A stretch of DNA of 64,000 nucleotides, taken from IMG/VR virus record IMGVR_UViG_3300028883_000044, positions 1-64,000 of that record; one strand, written 5' to 3'. Under the pieces are notes generated by a model that did not search any database, was not told the DNA's origin, and saw nothing but the letters and a program-made list of their open reading frames with translations. A program made the translations under genes and the position numbers. This document shows positions 48,038 to 57,200 of the stretch, one piece after another (the stretch's first letter is position 1; each line of letters opens with the position of its first letter). The stretch comes from a virus.

Positions 48038-48386
48038 AAAATGGTTACCAGATTTTGATGATATGTCTAAGATTGTAGAAGAATTGAGAAACTTAGACAT
48101 GCGACGTGCTTCCTTAGAGTTTCAAATTAAGAAGGGAGAAATGATTGCCTTTACAGTAGCAACAGAAGATAGTCAGTATTTTGTGGGTAATAAACCACCT
48201 TCTGCTACATATATAAATAGTAAATGGAAATACGGAGGAATCAATAATGAGTTATTACCTCTGAGAAAGGAGTTAGGTGAGTTAGAAGTAGAGATAGATA
48301 ATACTAAACTTAAATTAGAAATATTACGAATGAAGATAGAAGTATGGAGAACAGTTAGTGCAAATGAGAGGTTGTCTAGATTATGA
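48021..48386 (+). CDS. coiled-coil protein, UvsY-like recombination mediator candidate
   Basis: coiled coil ending IEVWRTVSANER; context. Confidence 0.4.
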   Translation: MSTTLEKWLPDFDDMSKIVEELRNLDMRRASLEFQIKKGEMIAFTVATEDSQYFVGNKPPSATYINSKWKYGGINNELLPLRKELGELEVEIDNTKLKLEILRMKIEVWRTVSANERLSRL

Positions 48387-49099
48387 ATTTATATTTATCA
48401 GCTTCCGCTATACAGGATTATGTTACATGTCCTAGAAGGTTTTATTATAGATTATATCATTCAAAGGAAGCAGAAAAATCTTTTGCTATGGAGTTTGGAA
48501 ATTTAGGACACTTTCTAGCAGAAAAATATTTTGAATGGGAAGGTTTAGATGACCATGATAGACTTGTATTTTGTAATGAGTTTATAAAAAATAACGAGTT
48601 ACTATCACGGCTTAGCAGACAAACTGTTAATGATAAGATATTATTATATACAAAAACTTTAGGTAATTATACAGAACTTTTAGACAAAGATGATTTGGTA
48701 GAAAAGTTTTTCAAAATTAAATATAAAGATGATTTATATTTTACAGGTAAACTTGATAGAATAAATCCTAAAACAAGAATGGTTATTGACTGGAAAACTT
48801 CTAAGAGATTACCTCCAATGTTATTTGATAATAATTTACAGTTTATATTTTATAGAAGGATGTATAAAGAATTATATGGATGTTATCCTTCTAGTATGTA
48901 TTTAGTATCGCTGATAAAGCCAGCCATGCGAACGTTTAAGCCGAATGATTATTACGAAAGTGTAGTGTTTAATCAACTTATACCTTCGATTTATAATGAC
49001 TGGAAGAAAAATAGTTTCCCTAAGTTGGGCTATTTTAAAGATAAATGGATTTGCGAATATTGTTCATATAAAAACTTTTGTTCATTGAACGAGGAGTAG
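48383..49099 (+). CDS. PD-(D/E)XK exonuclease, Cas4/AddB-like, with Fe-S staple cysteines
   Basis: LSASAI...CPRRF, G..H, GKLDR, IDWKT, CEYC.....C. Confidence 0.85.
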   Translation: MNLYLSASAIQDYVTCPRRFYYRLYHSKEAEKSFAMEFGNLGHFLAEKYFEWEGLDDHDRLVFCNEFIKNNELLSRLSRQTVNDKILLYTKTLGNYTELLDKDDLVEKFFKIKYKDDLYFTGKLDRINPKTRMVIDWKTSKRLPPMLFDNNLQFIFYRRMYKELYGCYPSSMYLVSLIKPAMRTFKPNDYYESVVFNQLIPSIYNDWKKNSFPKLGYFKDKWICEYCSYKNFCSLNEE

Positions 49100-49102
49100 G
49101 AA

Positions 49103-49504
49103 ATGAGTTGGTTAGTTGAAGATTATATAATGTCTATGAATACTGTAAAGGAAGCAAGTGATTTTGAATCACAGGCATATGATGAAATAATCGCTATTGA
49201 AATGGCAATAGATGTATTATCATCCTTACATATACTAACTGACAAGGAATTGAAAGTAATAAATTTACTGAAAGAAGGTAATTTATATGCTGATGTTGCC
49301 AGAAAATTAGGTTTAGCTAGACAAACAGTTCCTATAGTTTTTAGAAAAGCATGCAATAAAATTGCAATACATTTAGGAAAGGAATTTACAGACGAAGGTT
49401 TTAAAGCTAAGATGATAAATAAGTATAATCTATCATCTTCTGAAATTAAAAAGATGGACAAGTATATGAATAGTAGATTTAAACACAGACTGAAAAGGAG
49501 TTAA
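49103..49504 (+). CDS. sigma70 region-4-like HTH regulator
   Basis: LTDKELKVI...EG..YADVARKLGLARQTV. Confidence 0.7.
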   Translation: MSWLVEDYIMSMNTVKEASDFESQAYDEIIAIEMAIDVLSSLHILTDKELKVINLLKEGNLYADVARKLGLARQTVPIVFRKACNKIAIHLGKEFTDEGFKAKMINKYNLSSSEIKKMDKYMNSRFKHRLKRS

Positions 49505-49505
49505 T

Positions 49506-50195
49506 ATGGCTAGGAAAAAAAATAATAGTGAACCTCGATGTGTACATCGACATACAATTAAAGAACACCCCTCATGTTTTGCAAAGGGCAGAGTAAAACC
49601 AGCGAAGTTGGAATCGGGTTGTGTACCTCAAAAAGAACCTTGGTTCAAGCAAGATGATTATAGAATAGGTTATCTTGATATAGAAACTTCTAATTTATGG
49701 GCTGACTTTGGTATTATGTTATCATGGTGTCTCAAAGAAAAAGAAGGCGAAGTATCATATGATATTATTTCAACAAAGGATATTCATAACTATGGTAACG
49801 ATAAAAGAATAGTTGAATCTCTTATTGAAGAAATGAAACGCTATGCTATTATCTGTACTTATAATGGAACACGATTTGATATACCTTTTGTAAGAACTAG
49901 AGCATTGTATCATCAAATGGACTTTTTAAATTATGGAGATATTTTCCATTGGGATTTATACTACACAGCAAAATCTAAATTAAGAATGACAAGAAAATCT
50001 TTAGATGCTGTTACAGATTTGCTTGGTATTCCAGGCAAAACTCCAGTACCTAGAGAGACTTGGAGAAAAGCACAGTATGGTCATAAGGAATCTTTACAAT
50101 ATGTATTAGACCATAATATTGCAGATGTAGTTATCTTAGAAGAACTTCATAATAAATTATTACCATTTAGAAAGTGGATAAGGTCAAGTATATAA
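49506..50195 (+). CDS. RNase H-like DEDD 3'-5' exonuclease
   Basis: YLDIET, TYNGTRFDIPF, HWDLY, HNIADV. Confidence 0.85.
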   Translation: MARKKNNSEPRCVHRHTIKEHPSCFAKGRVKPAKLESGCVPQKEPWFKQDDYRIGYLDIETSNLWADFGIMLSWCLKEKEGEVSYDIISTKDIHNYGNDKRIVESLIEEMKRYAIICTYNGTRFDIPFVRTRALYHQMDFLNYGDIFHWDLYYTAKSKLRMTRKSLDAVTDLLGIPGKTPVPRETWRKAQYGHKESLQYVLDHNIADVVILEELHNKLLPFRKWIRSSI

Positions 50196-50506
50196 TGAGT
50201 GAAAAAGCTGACCCTAAATTTGTAAATACAATTTTATATCACCAATATGACCCTAAAGATAAAGTATATGTTGCGTATAGTATACTAATTCTTGGAAGGA
50301 AGTCGGAAAAAGATACATGGGAATATGGTACATTTTGTGTAAGAGTTGCTCACGATAGTGTCAATGAAGCTATCGATGGTGTAAATACTGCTACTAGAAG
50401 AAGATTTGTAGATGGTTTTGATGATAGCTTTTTTGAATATGATACCTATCCTGAAATAAGTTTTATTGAGGATTATCCTTTTGTTAATATAAATATGGAG
50501 AAATAG
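50195..50506 (+). CDS. hypothetical protein
   Basis: ATG overlaps the upstream stop. Confidence 0.55.
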   Translation: MSEKADPKFVNTILYHQYDPKDKVYVAYSILILGRKSEKDTWEYGTFCVRVAHDSVNEAIDGVNTATRRRFVDGFDDSFFEYDTYPEISFIEDYPFVNINMEK

Positions 50507-51073
50507 GTGAATAAGAAATATATAATTTTATTAGGAGGTAAGGCAGGTGTTGGAAAGACTACTACCGCAAATATTTTGCAAAAGCTTTTTGAAGATTGTG
50601 GAGTATCTAGTTGTATTTGTAATTTTGCTAATACTCTTAAGAAAGTCGCTAAAGAATCTTTTGGATGGGATGGCGAAAAAGATGATAAAGGTAGAAGATT
50701 ATTACAAGAAATAGGTAAGTGTGGTAGAAATTATTATGAAGATATTTGGGTAGATAGTATTTTGACCTCACATTTTATGGAGGATTATGATATAATTATA
50801 ATAGATGATTGGAGATTTTTAAATGAATCTACGAAGTGTAAAAATTTCCCTTATCGAAAAACTATTTTAGTTTATATTTCCGCAGAGGATAGAGAGATAC
50901 TTAAAGGTACACCTGCTTATGGTGATGTTTCTGAAACATCTTTACCTGATAATACTTCAATGTTATATGATTATGTTATTTATAACTCTCTAGATAATTG
51001 TCCGAATATAGAAACTCTTGGAGAGGTTGTTGAAAAAACTGTATTCAAAAATTTAATAAAAAAAAGGAGATAA
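50507..51073 (+). CDS. deoxynucleoside monophosphate kinase
   Basis: GKAGVGKTT, FANTLK, RRLLQEIG, IDDWRFLNE, SE. Confidence 0.85.
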   Translation: MNKKYIILLGGKAGVGKTTTANILQKLFEDCGVSSCICNFANTLKKVAKESFGWDGEKDDKGRRLLQEIGKCGRNYYEDIWVDSILTSHFMEDYDIIIIDDWRFLNESTKCKNFPYRKTILVYISAEDREILKGTPAYGDVSETSLPDNTSMLYDYVIYNSLDNCPNIETLGEVVEKTVFKNLIKKRR

Positions 51074-51077
51074 TAAA

Positions 51078-51278
51078 ATGGAGTTTAAACTTTTTGATGC
51101 TACAGAAAGAGATTTTCAATACTACGATAGTGTTACAGAACACTTTTTAAATGTATTTGAGTCAGGAGATAAACAAGCTGTTATAGCTATTGGTGAAAAT
51201 CAAGTTGATTTAAACAGTGAACTCGTAGAAGAATTGATTAGAGTTCTTGAAATTGCTAACAACGAGTGGTTGAAATAG
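51078..51278 (+). CDS. hypothetical protein
   Basis: AAGGAG RBS. Confidence 0.55.
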   Translation: MEFKLFDATERDFQYYDSVTEHFLNVFESGDKQAVIAIGENQVDLNSELVEELIRVLEIANNEWLK

Positions 51279-51283
51279 TATAA

Positions 51284-51310
51284 AGGGGAGAGTTAACTCT
51301 CCCCTATTTT
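51284..51310 (+). terminator. intrinsic terminator
   Basis: AGGGGAGAG-TTAA-CTCTCCCCT followed by ATTTT. Confidence 0.7.
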
Positions 51311-51315
51311 AACTT

Positions 51316-51495
51316 ATGTCTAAGTGTAAGTATTGTTTTTCTTGTTTGTTACCTTTGTTTATAGAGAATAGTCGTTATTTATACTGTACTCTTTGTAAAA
51401 AACTTTATACTGTAAAACCGAAAGGTTATCTTAAAGAAGTTTTAGATATTGATTTAATAAATATAGCAAAAGAAAAATTTGGGAATAGGATTTAA
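51316..51495 (+). CDS. 59-aa Zn-ribbon protein, not in the ORF track
   Basis: MSKCKYC...YCTLCKK. Confidence 0.5.
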   Translation: MSKCKYCFSCLLPLFIENSRYLYCTLCKKLYTVKPKGYLKEVLDIDLINIAKEKFGNRI

Positions 51496-51496
51496 A

Positions 51497-51658
51497 ATGA
51501 AATTATCAAAAGCTGTAAATAGAGACAGGAAAAAATATAAAACTGCAAATGCTTCATTGGTAGATTTAAAAAATATTGAAAAGAAAAATAAAGATAAAAT
51601 GCGAGATACTGATATTAAACGGGCTAGGGCGGAAAAGGAAAAGTTAATAGATAGCTAA
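51497..51658 (+). CDS. 53-aa basic protein, not in the ORF track
   Basis: MKLSKAVNRDRKK...; fills the gap. Confidence 0.45.
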   Translation: MKLSKAVNRDRKKYKTANASLVDLKNIEKKNKDKMRDTDIKRARAEKEKLIDS

Positions 51659-51684
51659 ATTTAATATTATAGGAGGTAAGTTTT

Positions 51685-52569
51685 ATGGGCAAGTACGATA
51701 ATTTGCCAAAAGGTTTTTATGTAGATTCGGAAAGTGGTGAAGTAAATTTTGCTAAAGCGAAAGAGTTAGGTTATAAATTTTGTTTAGCAAGAGCGGCGGA
51801 TTGTGACCAGTTAGTTGAAGGTTCTTGGAACAACGCTTCTAATTATGTAGACCAGAAGTTTGCTGAACATGTTCAAAAAGCATATGATAACGGTTTAATT
51901 TTAGGTGCTTTGTACAGATTAGGAACTACTACTGACCACGCAGTTGATTGGAAATCTCCGGGCAACGGTTTACAAGCACAAGCTTTAAAGAAAGCTTTGG
52001 AAAATAAGACATATCATTTTATAGTTATCACAGTGCCAACAGTAAATAATACTGATGGTAATATGAAAGATTATTTATTTAATTTTTTGAATGTATGTAG
52101 TGAAGTATTTCCAAAAGTTCCTTTAGCTGTAGGCACTTCTCCAGATGTATGGGGATATGGTAATAAACAGATAGAAAACTTTATAGGGCAAGAAGATTTT
52201 CCACATACAGTAGTTGTATTAGGTTCTAGGGATAATTTTCTTTCTCCGGGCAACCTACCTTCACAAGGGAACTTAATGTGGAACGAAGGCAACAATGTTC
52301 GTATAGGTGATAGCAATTACTTAATGTTTTTCAGGTACATAGGTTCAGAAGGTTTACTTACAGATAGATTCGGTACACCAGTTAATTGGGATTATATGCC
52401 GAGTACTAGTGATGAGCCTACGGAACCTGGAGACGAACCAACAGAACCTGGAGACGAACCAACAGAACCTGGCGAGTACACCGGAGATATAGCTAATGCT
52501 ATAAATGATTTCAATGTTATATTTGCAGATTTTGTATCTGCATATAAAGAAGTTAATCGATTAATATAG
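51685..52569 (+). CDS. GH25-like barrel protein, probably catalytically inactive, with PTEPGDE repeats
   Basis: GFYVDSESGEVNF..AK..GYKFCLARA...YVDQKF...GL.LGALY; the DxE position reads ITVP. Confidence 0.65.
   Translation: MGKYDNLPKGFYVDSESGEVNFAKAKELGYKFCLARAADCDQLVEGSWNNASNYVDQKFAEHVQKAYDNGLILGALYRLGTTTDHAVDWKSPGNGLQAQALKKALENKTYHFIVITVPTVNNTDGNMKDYLFNFLNVCSEVFPKVPLAVGTSPDVWGYGNKQIENFIGQEDFPHTVVVLGSRDNFLSPGNLPSQGNLMWNEGNNVRIGDSNYLMFFRYIGSEGLLTDRFGTPVNWDYMPSTSDEPTEPGDEPTEPGDEPTEPGEYTGDIANAINDFNVIFADFVSAYKEVNRLI
52411..52476 (+). repeat. 21-bp tandem repeat x3 encoding (DEPTEPG)3
   Basis: gacgaaccaacagaacctgga units. Confidence 0.9.
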
Positions 52570-52579
52570 GAGGTAAACT

Positions 52580-52792
52580 ATGACTGTACAGACTGCATGG
52601 GAAAAATTTAAATCCCTGTGGAGTTCTAGGAAATTTTGGGTTTTGCTAGGCTCACTTGTTACAACATGGGGTGCTTATATCCTTGGCGACTTGGATATTG
52701 TTCCTGCTGTTTACGCATCTGTAGCATCTTTCTGTCTATTCTCTACTGGAGTAGCTTTAGAGGATGCTGGTAGAAACATTGGAATGAGATAA
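52580..52792 (+). CDS. holin-like 2-TM protein
   Basis: WSSRKFW motif, two TMs, G.ALED tail; follows the GH25-like gene. Confidence 0.65.
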   Translation: MTVQTAWEKFKSLWSSRKFWVLLGSLVTTWGAYILGDLDIVPAVYASVASFCLFSTGVALEDAGRNIGMR

Positions 52793-52820
52793 GCTAGGAG
52801 GGATTTTTTTCCCTCCAACT

Positions 52821-52892
52821 GCGGGAATAGTTTAGTAGGAAGAACTAGAGCTTTGTAAACTCTCAGCATGGGTTCGAATCCCATTTCCCGCT
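52821..52892 (+). tRNA. tRNA-Thr(UGU), CCA not encoded
   Basis: GCGGGAA/TTCCCGC acceptor (G1-C72, C2-G71), GTTT/GAAC D-stem, TT-TGT-AA loop, ATGGG-TTCGAAT-CCCAT T-arm; C31-A39 mismatch. Confidence 0.85.
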
Positions 52893-52917
52893 TTTATAAA
52901 AAGGAAAGGAGGAACGT

Positions 52918-53178
52918 ATGAAATATGTTAAAAAGCCTATTACTATAGAGGCTGATGTTTATGAAGAAGGTATGGAAGATGGTTTTATAACTACAGTTTC
53001 TGGTTGTGTTACACAATATACTTCGTATAGATTAGACGAATCTTCTGTACCTTATATAGAAACTTTAGAAGGTAAGATGTTTATTAGAAAAGGTGATTAT
53101 ATTATTACAGGAATAGCTGGAGAAAGATACCCATGTAAGCCAGATATATTTAATAAAACTTACGAAAGGGTAGACTAA
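52918..53178 (+). CDS. conserved phage protein
   Basis: KYVKKPITIEA...IETLEG...GDYII.G..GE.YPCKPDIF..TY. Confidence 0.75.
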   Translation: MKYVKKPITIEADVYEEGMEDGFITTVSGCVTQYTSYRLDESSVPYIETLEGKMFIRKGDYIITGIAGERYPCKPDIFNKTYERVD

Positions 53179-53871
53179 ATGAAATTATATCTTGATGATA
53201 ATATAAAAATATTAAAAGAACTTTCAGGTATAGAAGTGGATTTAGTTTATGCTGATATGATATATGAAGATTCTAATTTTGAATGGGTAGATTATTGTGA
53301 AAATATTTTAAAAGATTCTGGTATATTTATAGTTCAAACAGATTATCATACAGTAGCTGAAATGAAACTATATTTAGATAAGCTTTTCGGTAAAGATAAT
53401 TTTATTAACTGGTTAATTTATAAACAGGAATGGGGAGGAGTATCTAAAAAATACTTTCCTAGAAAGCATGATGACATACTTGTTTATTATAAAGGAAATA
53501 GGTATAATTTTTACCCTGAGAGAATTATGATACCTAAAAAGACAGCAGGCACGGGATTAGATAAAAATAATAAAAGTTTAAAAATTCCCTGTGATGTCTT
53601 TGACGACCTAGGGAATTTTTCTACTATTGCAAAAGAAAGAGTTAAGTGGTATAATGGTAAAAACATTCAATGGCAAAAACCATTAAAGCTTATGGAGAGG
53701 TTGTTATTACCTTTTACAATTGAAAATGATTTAGTATTAGACCCTTTTATGGGAAGTGGTACTACAGGTGTATGGTGTATAAATAACAATAGGAATTTTA
53801 TTGGGATAGAAAATGATCCCGATGTTTATAAGATAGCAGAAGAAAGATTGAATAAAGGAAAGGAGTATTAA
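53179..53871 (+). CDS. amino-DNA methyltransferase, beta class, with an atypical catalytic motif
   Basis: DLVYADMIY in place of DPPY; QKPLKLMER; LDPFMGSGTTG. Confidence 0.85.
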   Translation: MKLYLDDNIKILKELSGIEVDLVYADMIYEDSNFEWVDYCENILKDSGIFIVQTDYHTVAEMKLYLDKLFGKDNFINWLIYKQEWGGVSKKYFPRKHDDILVYYKGNRYNFYPERIMIPKKTAGTGLDKNNKSLKIPCDVFDDLGNFSTIAKERVKWYNGKNIQWQKPLKLMERLLLPFTIENDLVLDPFMGSGTTGVWCINNNRNFIGIENDPDVYKIAEERLNKGKEY

Positions 53872-54294
53872 ATGGGACATAATAGTTTTATACCTTATAA
53901 TATATATTTATCCGGCGGTATGAAATCAAACTGGCAGGATAAAATTATTGAAGCATTATCAGATATTAATGCTAGAATTAAATTTATTGATCCTCGAAAG
54001 AACGGTTTAAAAAATCCTGTTAGTTATACTTATTGGGATATTAATTCTATTAGGAATAGTGATATTATATTTGCATACCTTGAATCTGATAACCCTTCTG
54101 GTTTAGGTTTAGCCACAGAAGTGGGATATGGTGCAGGTTTTGGGTGCTTAACTATATTTATAAATGAGAAATCTAAAGATAAGCATACCCATTTTATAGA
54201 GGAAGTAGCAACACTTTCTTATAGAGATTTAAATGAAGGTATTGCTATGCTTAAAAATATATGTGAGAATGGTTTAGTGAGAGGTATAAGATGA
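53872..54294 (+). CDS. nucleoside 2-deoxyribosyltransferase / dNMP N-glycosidase family protein
   Basis: IYLSGG, DP, WDI..I..SDIIFA, G...EVGY. Confidence 0.75.
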   Translation: MGHNSFIPYNIYLSGGMKSNWQDKIIEALSDINARIKFIDPRKNGLKNPVSYTYWDINSIRNSDIIFAYLESDNPSGLGLATEVGYGAGFGCLTIFINEKSKDKHTHFIEEVATLSYRDLNEGIAMLKNICENGLVRGIR

Positions 54295-54530
54295 TACTAT
54301 ATATTGTTGAATATATTATTGCAATTATTATAGCAGTTATTATTGCAATTATTATAGATAAAGCAAACGATCGTAAATTTATTGAAGAAGAAAAAAACAA
54401 TTTAGATGAAGGAAAAATAGTCTTGACAAAAGAAGAATATCGTAGTATACTAAAAGAAAGACAGAAATATCTGTTGGCTTATTATAAATTATCGGATATG
54501 TTGATTGAGGAAAGGAATAAGAAAAATTAA
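54291..54530 (+). CDS. single-TM protein
   Basis: hydrophobic N-terminus. Confidence 0.55.
   Translation: MILYIVEYIIAIIIAVIIAIIIDKANDRKFIEEEKNNLDEGKIVLTKEEYRSILKERQKYLLAYYKLSDMLIEERNKKN
54423..54451 (+). promoter_or_regulatory. internal sigma70 promoter upstream of the primase
   Basis: TTGACA-17-TATACT. Confidence 0.6.
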
Positions 54531-54531
54531 T

Positions 54532-55431
54532 ATGAATAGTATTTTAGAAAAGGTAATAAGTGAAGATTACGAATTAGTAGGTAATGGTAGATGGTTACGT
54601 ACTGTAGAACATGATTCACTTATTATTGATTCTAAAAAGCAACTTTTCTTTTGGAACTCTAAGGATTTAGCTGGTGATGCTTATACTTGGCTAATAAAAG
54701 TTAAAGGTTACAATAATAAAGAAGCTAAAAAAAGAATATCAGAATTAAAAGATTCTGATATTATAACTGTAAGAAGTTTTACAATCAAGGGAAAAAAAGA
54801 AGATGTTGTTGTATGTGAAGATTTGGTAGATGTTTTTTGGAGTAATGGGAAACATAAAGGTAATAGAGATTACTGGTATAAGAGAGAAATCTTTGATACT
54901 ACTATTGACAGATTTAGATTAGGACATTATAATGGGTGGTATACTATCCCTATATATCAGGATAATGAATTTAAAAACTTTCAAATAAGACGGGATTTAC
55001 CAGAGAAGAAAATAAAATCTTGGTATAGAGGAGTAGGACCACTCTTATTTAATTCTAGTATATTGAATTGGATTTCTACAGTTTATATAACAGAAGGATT
55101 AACAGATTGTCTAATTTTAAATCAAGCAGGGTTACCAGCTATTTCTCACAATACAGGTGCAGGTGGTTGGATGCCACAGTGGTTTAAATATTTTATAAAG
55201 CTAAAAGAAATTTATGTAGTATATGATAATGATGAAGCAGGAATAAAAGGAAGTAAATTTGTTGCAGAAAATTTAGGAGTATACCGTACTAAAATTTTTA
55301 CATTCGAAGGTTTCGGAGAAAAATATGATATAAATAAATACTTTTTAGATGGTGGTAATAAGGAAGATTTTAGGAAATTAGTTTTAGAAAAATCTAAATA
55401 TAGCTTTGCTATGGAAAGGAGAATATTATAA
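54532..55431 (+). CDS. dnaG: DNA primase (TOPRIM)
   Basis: YITEGLTD, YDNDEAG, KYDIN; N-terminal domain lacks Zn cysteines. Confidence 0.85.
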   Translation: MNSILEKVISEDYELVGNGRWLRTVEHDSLIIDSKKQLFFWNSKDLAGDAYTWLIKVKGYNNKEAKKRISELKDSDIITVRSFTIKGKKEDVVVCEDLVDVFWSNGKHKGNRDYWYKREIFDTTIDRFRLGHYNGWYTIPIYQDNEFKNFQIRRDLPEKKIKSWYRGVGPLLFNSSILNWISTVYITEGLTDCLILNQAGLPAISHNTGAGGWMPQWFKYFIKLKEIYVVYDNDEAGIKGSKFVAENLGVYRTKIFTFEGFGEKYDINKYFLDGGNKEDFRKLVLEKSKYSFAMERRIL

Positions 55432-55793
55432 TGAAAGAGGCGAGGAAAAATGTTAATGGTTTTACAGTAAAACTTTGGAGAGGTAAGGAAAAGTATTGTT
55501 TTTTATTTTCTGAGGGAAGTTTTTGGGATGATACTTCAAGAGAATTAAAGGATGCTACTCTCTGTTCATTTAATTATAAAGATTTGCTTGTTAATAAAGG
55601 TCATCTTATTTCAACTATGGCTATCAGAAATCCAAAAGATAAACCTGATACTTATACAGGACAAAAAGTTGCTTTGCGTAGATTATTAAATGCTATACAT
55701 AATCTATATACGGAAGAAGATTTGCAAATTATTTGGAAAAAATTCTTCAGTCTTTGGGGCAGAGATGAAAGGGGAGAAAAAGTTGAGAAATAA
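55431..55793 (+). CDS. hypothetical phage protein
   Basis: NPKD.....GQKVAL.R motif. Confidence 0.6.
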   Translation: MKEARKNVNGFTVKLWRGKEKYCFLFSEGSFWDDTSRELKDATLCSFNYKDLLVNKGHLISTMAIRNPKDKPDTYTGQKVALRRLLNAIHNLYTEEDLQIIWKKFFSLWGRDERGEKVEK

Positions 55794-56604
55794 AATTGTA
55801 AGTATAATAACTCCTGTGTATATTGATAATGACAGTAAGGTAGAAAAGTTATTAGATTTAGAATTGGAATTAGATAAACAGGAGTCTTTTGAATTTGAAT
55901 GGGTAAGAGTTTTTGACGGTTGTGATGTTGTAGAGAGCCATGCCAAAAATTTTAAAGTAAAAGATGTTCAGCTTAAAAATAATTATGGACCCTCTGTAGC
56001 TAGGAACGTAGGATTTTTTGTATCTGCTGGTACTATTATAGCTTTTATTGATTCAGATGATTTACCTTATAGTAATTTTATAACTAATATCTTGAAAAAT
56101 TTTAGTTCAAATATTGGATTAAAATTATTATTTTCGGCTTATGAAATTTTTGATACAAGTGCTGGAATCAAAAGTGGTGAGCATAATTTAAATAAACTAT
56201 TAGATATAACAAAGGTAGATTTTAAACTTCGTGATGAAGTTTTATTACTTGGCTTATCTCAAAATATTAATTTATCTACACCATTAGGTGTAGCTGTTGA
56301 TAGACAGTTACTCTATTTGTGTGGTGGGTTTCAGCCCGGGATTGTTTGTGGAGAAGATGGTATTACATGGAGACGGATTTTACAGACTATGAACGGCACT
56401 AAAATTTTAAATGAGGGTTCAGTTAAAATTTCAGATGATATAGTAGGAACATATTTTGTAAATGAAAATAGCCAATCTAGAACACAGAGGCGTTTTGAAA
56501 TGGGTGGTTTTGCTTTTGATGGTTCTGATATACAAGGAAAGAATGGACAATATTTAGATAATGATTGGTTTACTACTTTATTAACGGAGAAGTATGATGA
56601 CTAA
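55765..56604 (+). CDS. GT2 glycosyltransferase (start ATG 55765 or TTG 55783)
   Basis: VSIITPVY, VFDG, NYGPSVARN, FIDSDD, GGF...GED. Confidence 0.88.
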   Translation: MKGEKKLRNKIVSIITPVYIDNDSKVEKLLDLELELDKQESFEFEWVRVFDGCDVVESHAKNFKVKDVQLKNNYGPSVARNVGFFVSAGTIIAFIDSDDLPYSNFITNILKNFSSNIGLKLLFSAYEIFDTSAGIKSGEHNLNKLLDITKVDFKLRDEVLLLGLSQNINLSTPLGVAVDRQLLYLCGGFQPGIVCGEDGITWRRILQTMNGTKILNEGSVKISDDIVGTYFVNENSQSRTQRRFEMGGFAFDGSDIQGKNGQYLDNDWFTTLLTEKYDD

Positions 56605-57199
56605 TAGGATAGATGTATTAGATAAAGGTTATATAGAATTAATTAATTGTATTGGTGATGATGATACTATAGCAAGGGTAGCAAAATTTACCCGTTATAC
56701 ACCATTTGTTCAGGATAAGAAATCAACTAAGATGCTTATAAAGACTCTTATGAACAAAGGTCATACTTCAACTTTTGAATTTGTAGAGTTTACATTTAAA
56801 GTAAAATGTCCGATATTTGTAGCTAGACAGTGGATGCGACATAGGACATGGAACTATATGGAAGTTAGTCGAAGAATGGTTAGCACTAAACCGGATTATT
56901 TTTTAGATGTAGATTGTATTGCAATAGGTAAGTTAGAAAAGGTATATAATTATATTGATAATGTTTATTTAGAATTGTTACAGCAAGGCGTTAGACCAGA
57001 AATAGCTAGGACAATTTTACCTTTAGGTACTTATACGGAATTCTATGCGAAAGTAGATTTAAATAATCTATTAAAATTTTTAGATAAGAGGCTTGATAAT
57101 TCAGCTCAAAAAGAAATAAGGGAATACGCTGTAGCTATTTTACAGTTTTTAAAAGATATTGTTCCAATGACAACAGATTATTTTTTGGAAAGGAGATAA
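56594..57199 (+). CDS. thyX: FAD-dependent thymidylate synthase
   Basis: GHTSTFE, ARQWMRHR-X7-S, EIARTILP, AQKEIR. Confidence 0.93.
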   Translation: MMTNRIDVLDKGYIELINCIGDDDTIARVAKFTRYTPFVQDKKSTKMLIKTLMNKGHTSTFEFVEFTFKVKCPIFVARQWMRHRTWNYMEVSRRMVSTKPDYFLDVDCIAIGKLEKVYNYIDNVYLELLQQGVRPEIARTILPLGTYTEFYAKVDLNNLLKFLDKRLDNSAQKEIREYAVAILQFLKDIVPMTTDYFLERR

Positions 57200-57200
57200 A

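Noticed and set aside
48383-49099. Cas4-like nuclease as evidence of a CRISPR system
   Set aside because: No repeat-spacer array or other cas genes are seen; solo Cas4/AddB-like nucleases are common in phage recombination modules.
52797-52892. tRNA as an attP / prophage boundary
   Set aside because: No integrase, no duplicated tRNA 3' end, and phage genes continue on both sides.
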